From the NCBI GenBank assembly GCA_964655275.1, contig CAZZMI010000002.1, positions 1 through 55,658 of the forward strand: DNA of 55,658 bases, in the 5' to 3' direction. Origin of the DNA: an uncultured Anaerolineae bacterium (GTDB lineage Bacteria; Chloroflexota; Anaerolineae; SpSt-600). Position numbers and translations under genes: made by a program. This document shows positions 55,187 through 55,658 of the stretch, in pieces. A model generated the notes under the pieces. That model worked only from the letters and a program-made list of their open reading frames with translations. It ran no database searches and was not told the DNA's origin. The first letter of the stretch is position 1, and every line of letters begins with the position of its first letter.

Positions 55187-55658
55187 ATGGAAAGAAGAGG
55201 GCTTGAAATAGCCGTGGAGATTCCCATCAGTGTGAGAGAAGCCCTCGGGGACAAAGCGGCCCTTGACCTTTTCTCCTGGCTTGTTAAAGTAATACCCTCG
55301 GTAGCGGTTACGAGGGAAGAGTTCAAGGAGGTTATACTGCGCCTTGAAAATGTAGAGAAAGAATTAAAAGGGCTGAGGGCAGATTTTACCTCCTTCAAAG
55401 GTTCAATGGACAATCGTTTTGATGCTGTGAACGCCCGTATTGATGCCGTGCACGACCGGATTGATGCTCTGAGAAAGGACATGGATGAGCGTTTTGATTC
55501 CTTCCGGAAAGATATAGACAGTCGGTTTGACGCCCTTCGTGGGGACTTCGCCTCTTTCCAGAGGGAAGCGGACAATCGGGTTAGCGCATTCCAGAGGGAA
55601 ATAGACAGTCGGTTTGAGGCCCTTCGTGGGGATTTTGCTTCTTTCCAGAAGGAGGTGG
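55187..55658 (+). CDS. Partial CDS (3' end outside the window): coiled-coil protein with repeated 'D.RF(D/E)ALRGDFASFQ(R/K)E' units
   Basis: ATG at 55187 preceded by AGGAGG (55175-55180). The frame is open to the window end and is not in the supplied ORF track. My own translation begins 'MERRGLEIAVEIPISVREALGDKAALDLFSWLVKV...'. Confidence 0.65.
   Translation, partial: MERRGLEIAVEIPISVREALGDKAALDLFSWLVKVIPSVAVTREEFKEVILRLENVEKELKGLRADFTSFKGSMDNRFDAVNARIDAVHDRIDALRKDMDERFDSFRKDIDSRFDALRGDFASFQREADNRVSAFQREIDSRFEALRGDFASFQKEV
55514..55658 (+). repeat. 87-nt (29-codon) tandem coding repeat, truncated by the window end
   Basis: 55514-55571 versus 55601-55658: about 51 of 58 positions are identical by hand alignment. 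Confidence 0.7.

Noticed and set aside
55030-55575. A 181-aa minus-strand Ser/Leu-rich ORF.
   Set aside because: It spans the uvrC 3' end and the intergenic RBS, and it mirrors the plus-strand repeat gene. Its low-complexity composition is typical of an antisense artefact.
55514-55658. The tandem repeat as a CRISPR array fragment.
   Set aside because: The repeats are contiguous with no spacers, have an 87-nt period, and are in-frame coding sequence.

Overview
This is a compact, about 90% coding bacterial chromosomal window of housekeeping genes, at about 45-50% GC apart from one GC-rich block. The glutamate/lysine/arginine-rich proteins, archaeal-type ApgM, class II HMG-CoA reductase, many Hanks kinase/FHA genes and TPR-fused O-antigen-ligase-like protein suggest a thermophilic Chloroflexota-like organism; this is inference only. 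I found no transposase, integrase, CRISPR array or rRNA, and one tRNA, tRNA-Arg(CCT). dnaA lies mid-window at 28654-29964. About 80% of coding sequence to its left is on the minus strand and about 75% to its right is on the plus strand. Two good DnaA boxes sit just downstream of dnaA, so the replication origin is probably here. Other recognisable genes are mgtE, a CDF transporter, a ZnuABC-like metal importer, ruvB, rfbB, apgM, gyrA, rsfS, a sirtuin, tatA, tsaE-tsaB-rimI, a family-4 UDG, trpS and uvrC. Observations worth a second look: (1) a Ser/Thr phospho-signalling island at 15.6-21.3 kb with two kinases, two FHA proteins (one fused to an OmpR-type winged helix without a receiver domain), a J-domain::VWA fusion and no phosphatase; (2) a GC-rich (about 65-70%) two-gene ABC module at 42.4-45.35 kb whose double-TMD permease carries a frameshift and an internal deletion of about 50 codons that removes the second EAA loop; (3) an SbcC/Rad50-like gene directly after dnaA, split by a 1-nt frameshift in a C run; (4) a leaderless GH-clan-A-like::Amidase_2 multidomain protein beside the origin; (5) a CDF transporter with three tandem cytoplasmic domains; (6) a GyrA lacking a canonical GyrA box. 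Several near-consensus sigma70-type promoters (TTGCCx, 17-18 nt, TAtAAT) can be read directly. Nearly all convergent gene pairs overlap or abut, leaving no room for terminators. All domain calls come from motif reading by eye. No database search was run.
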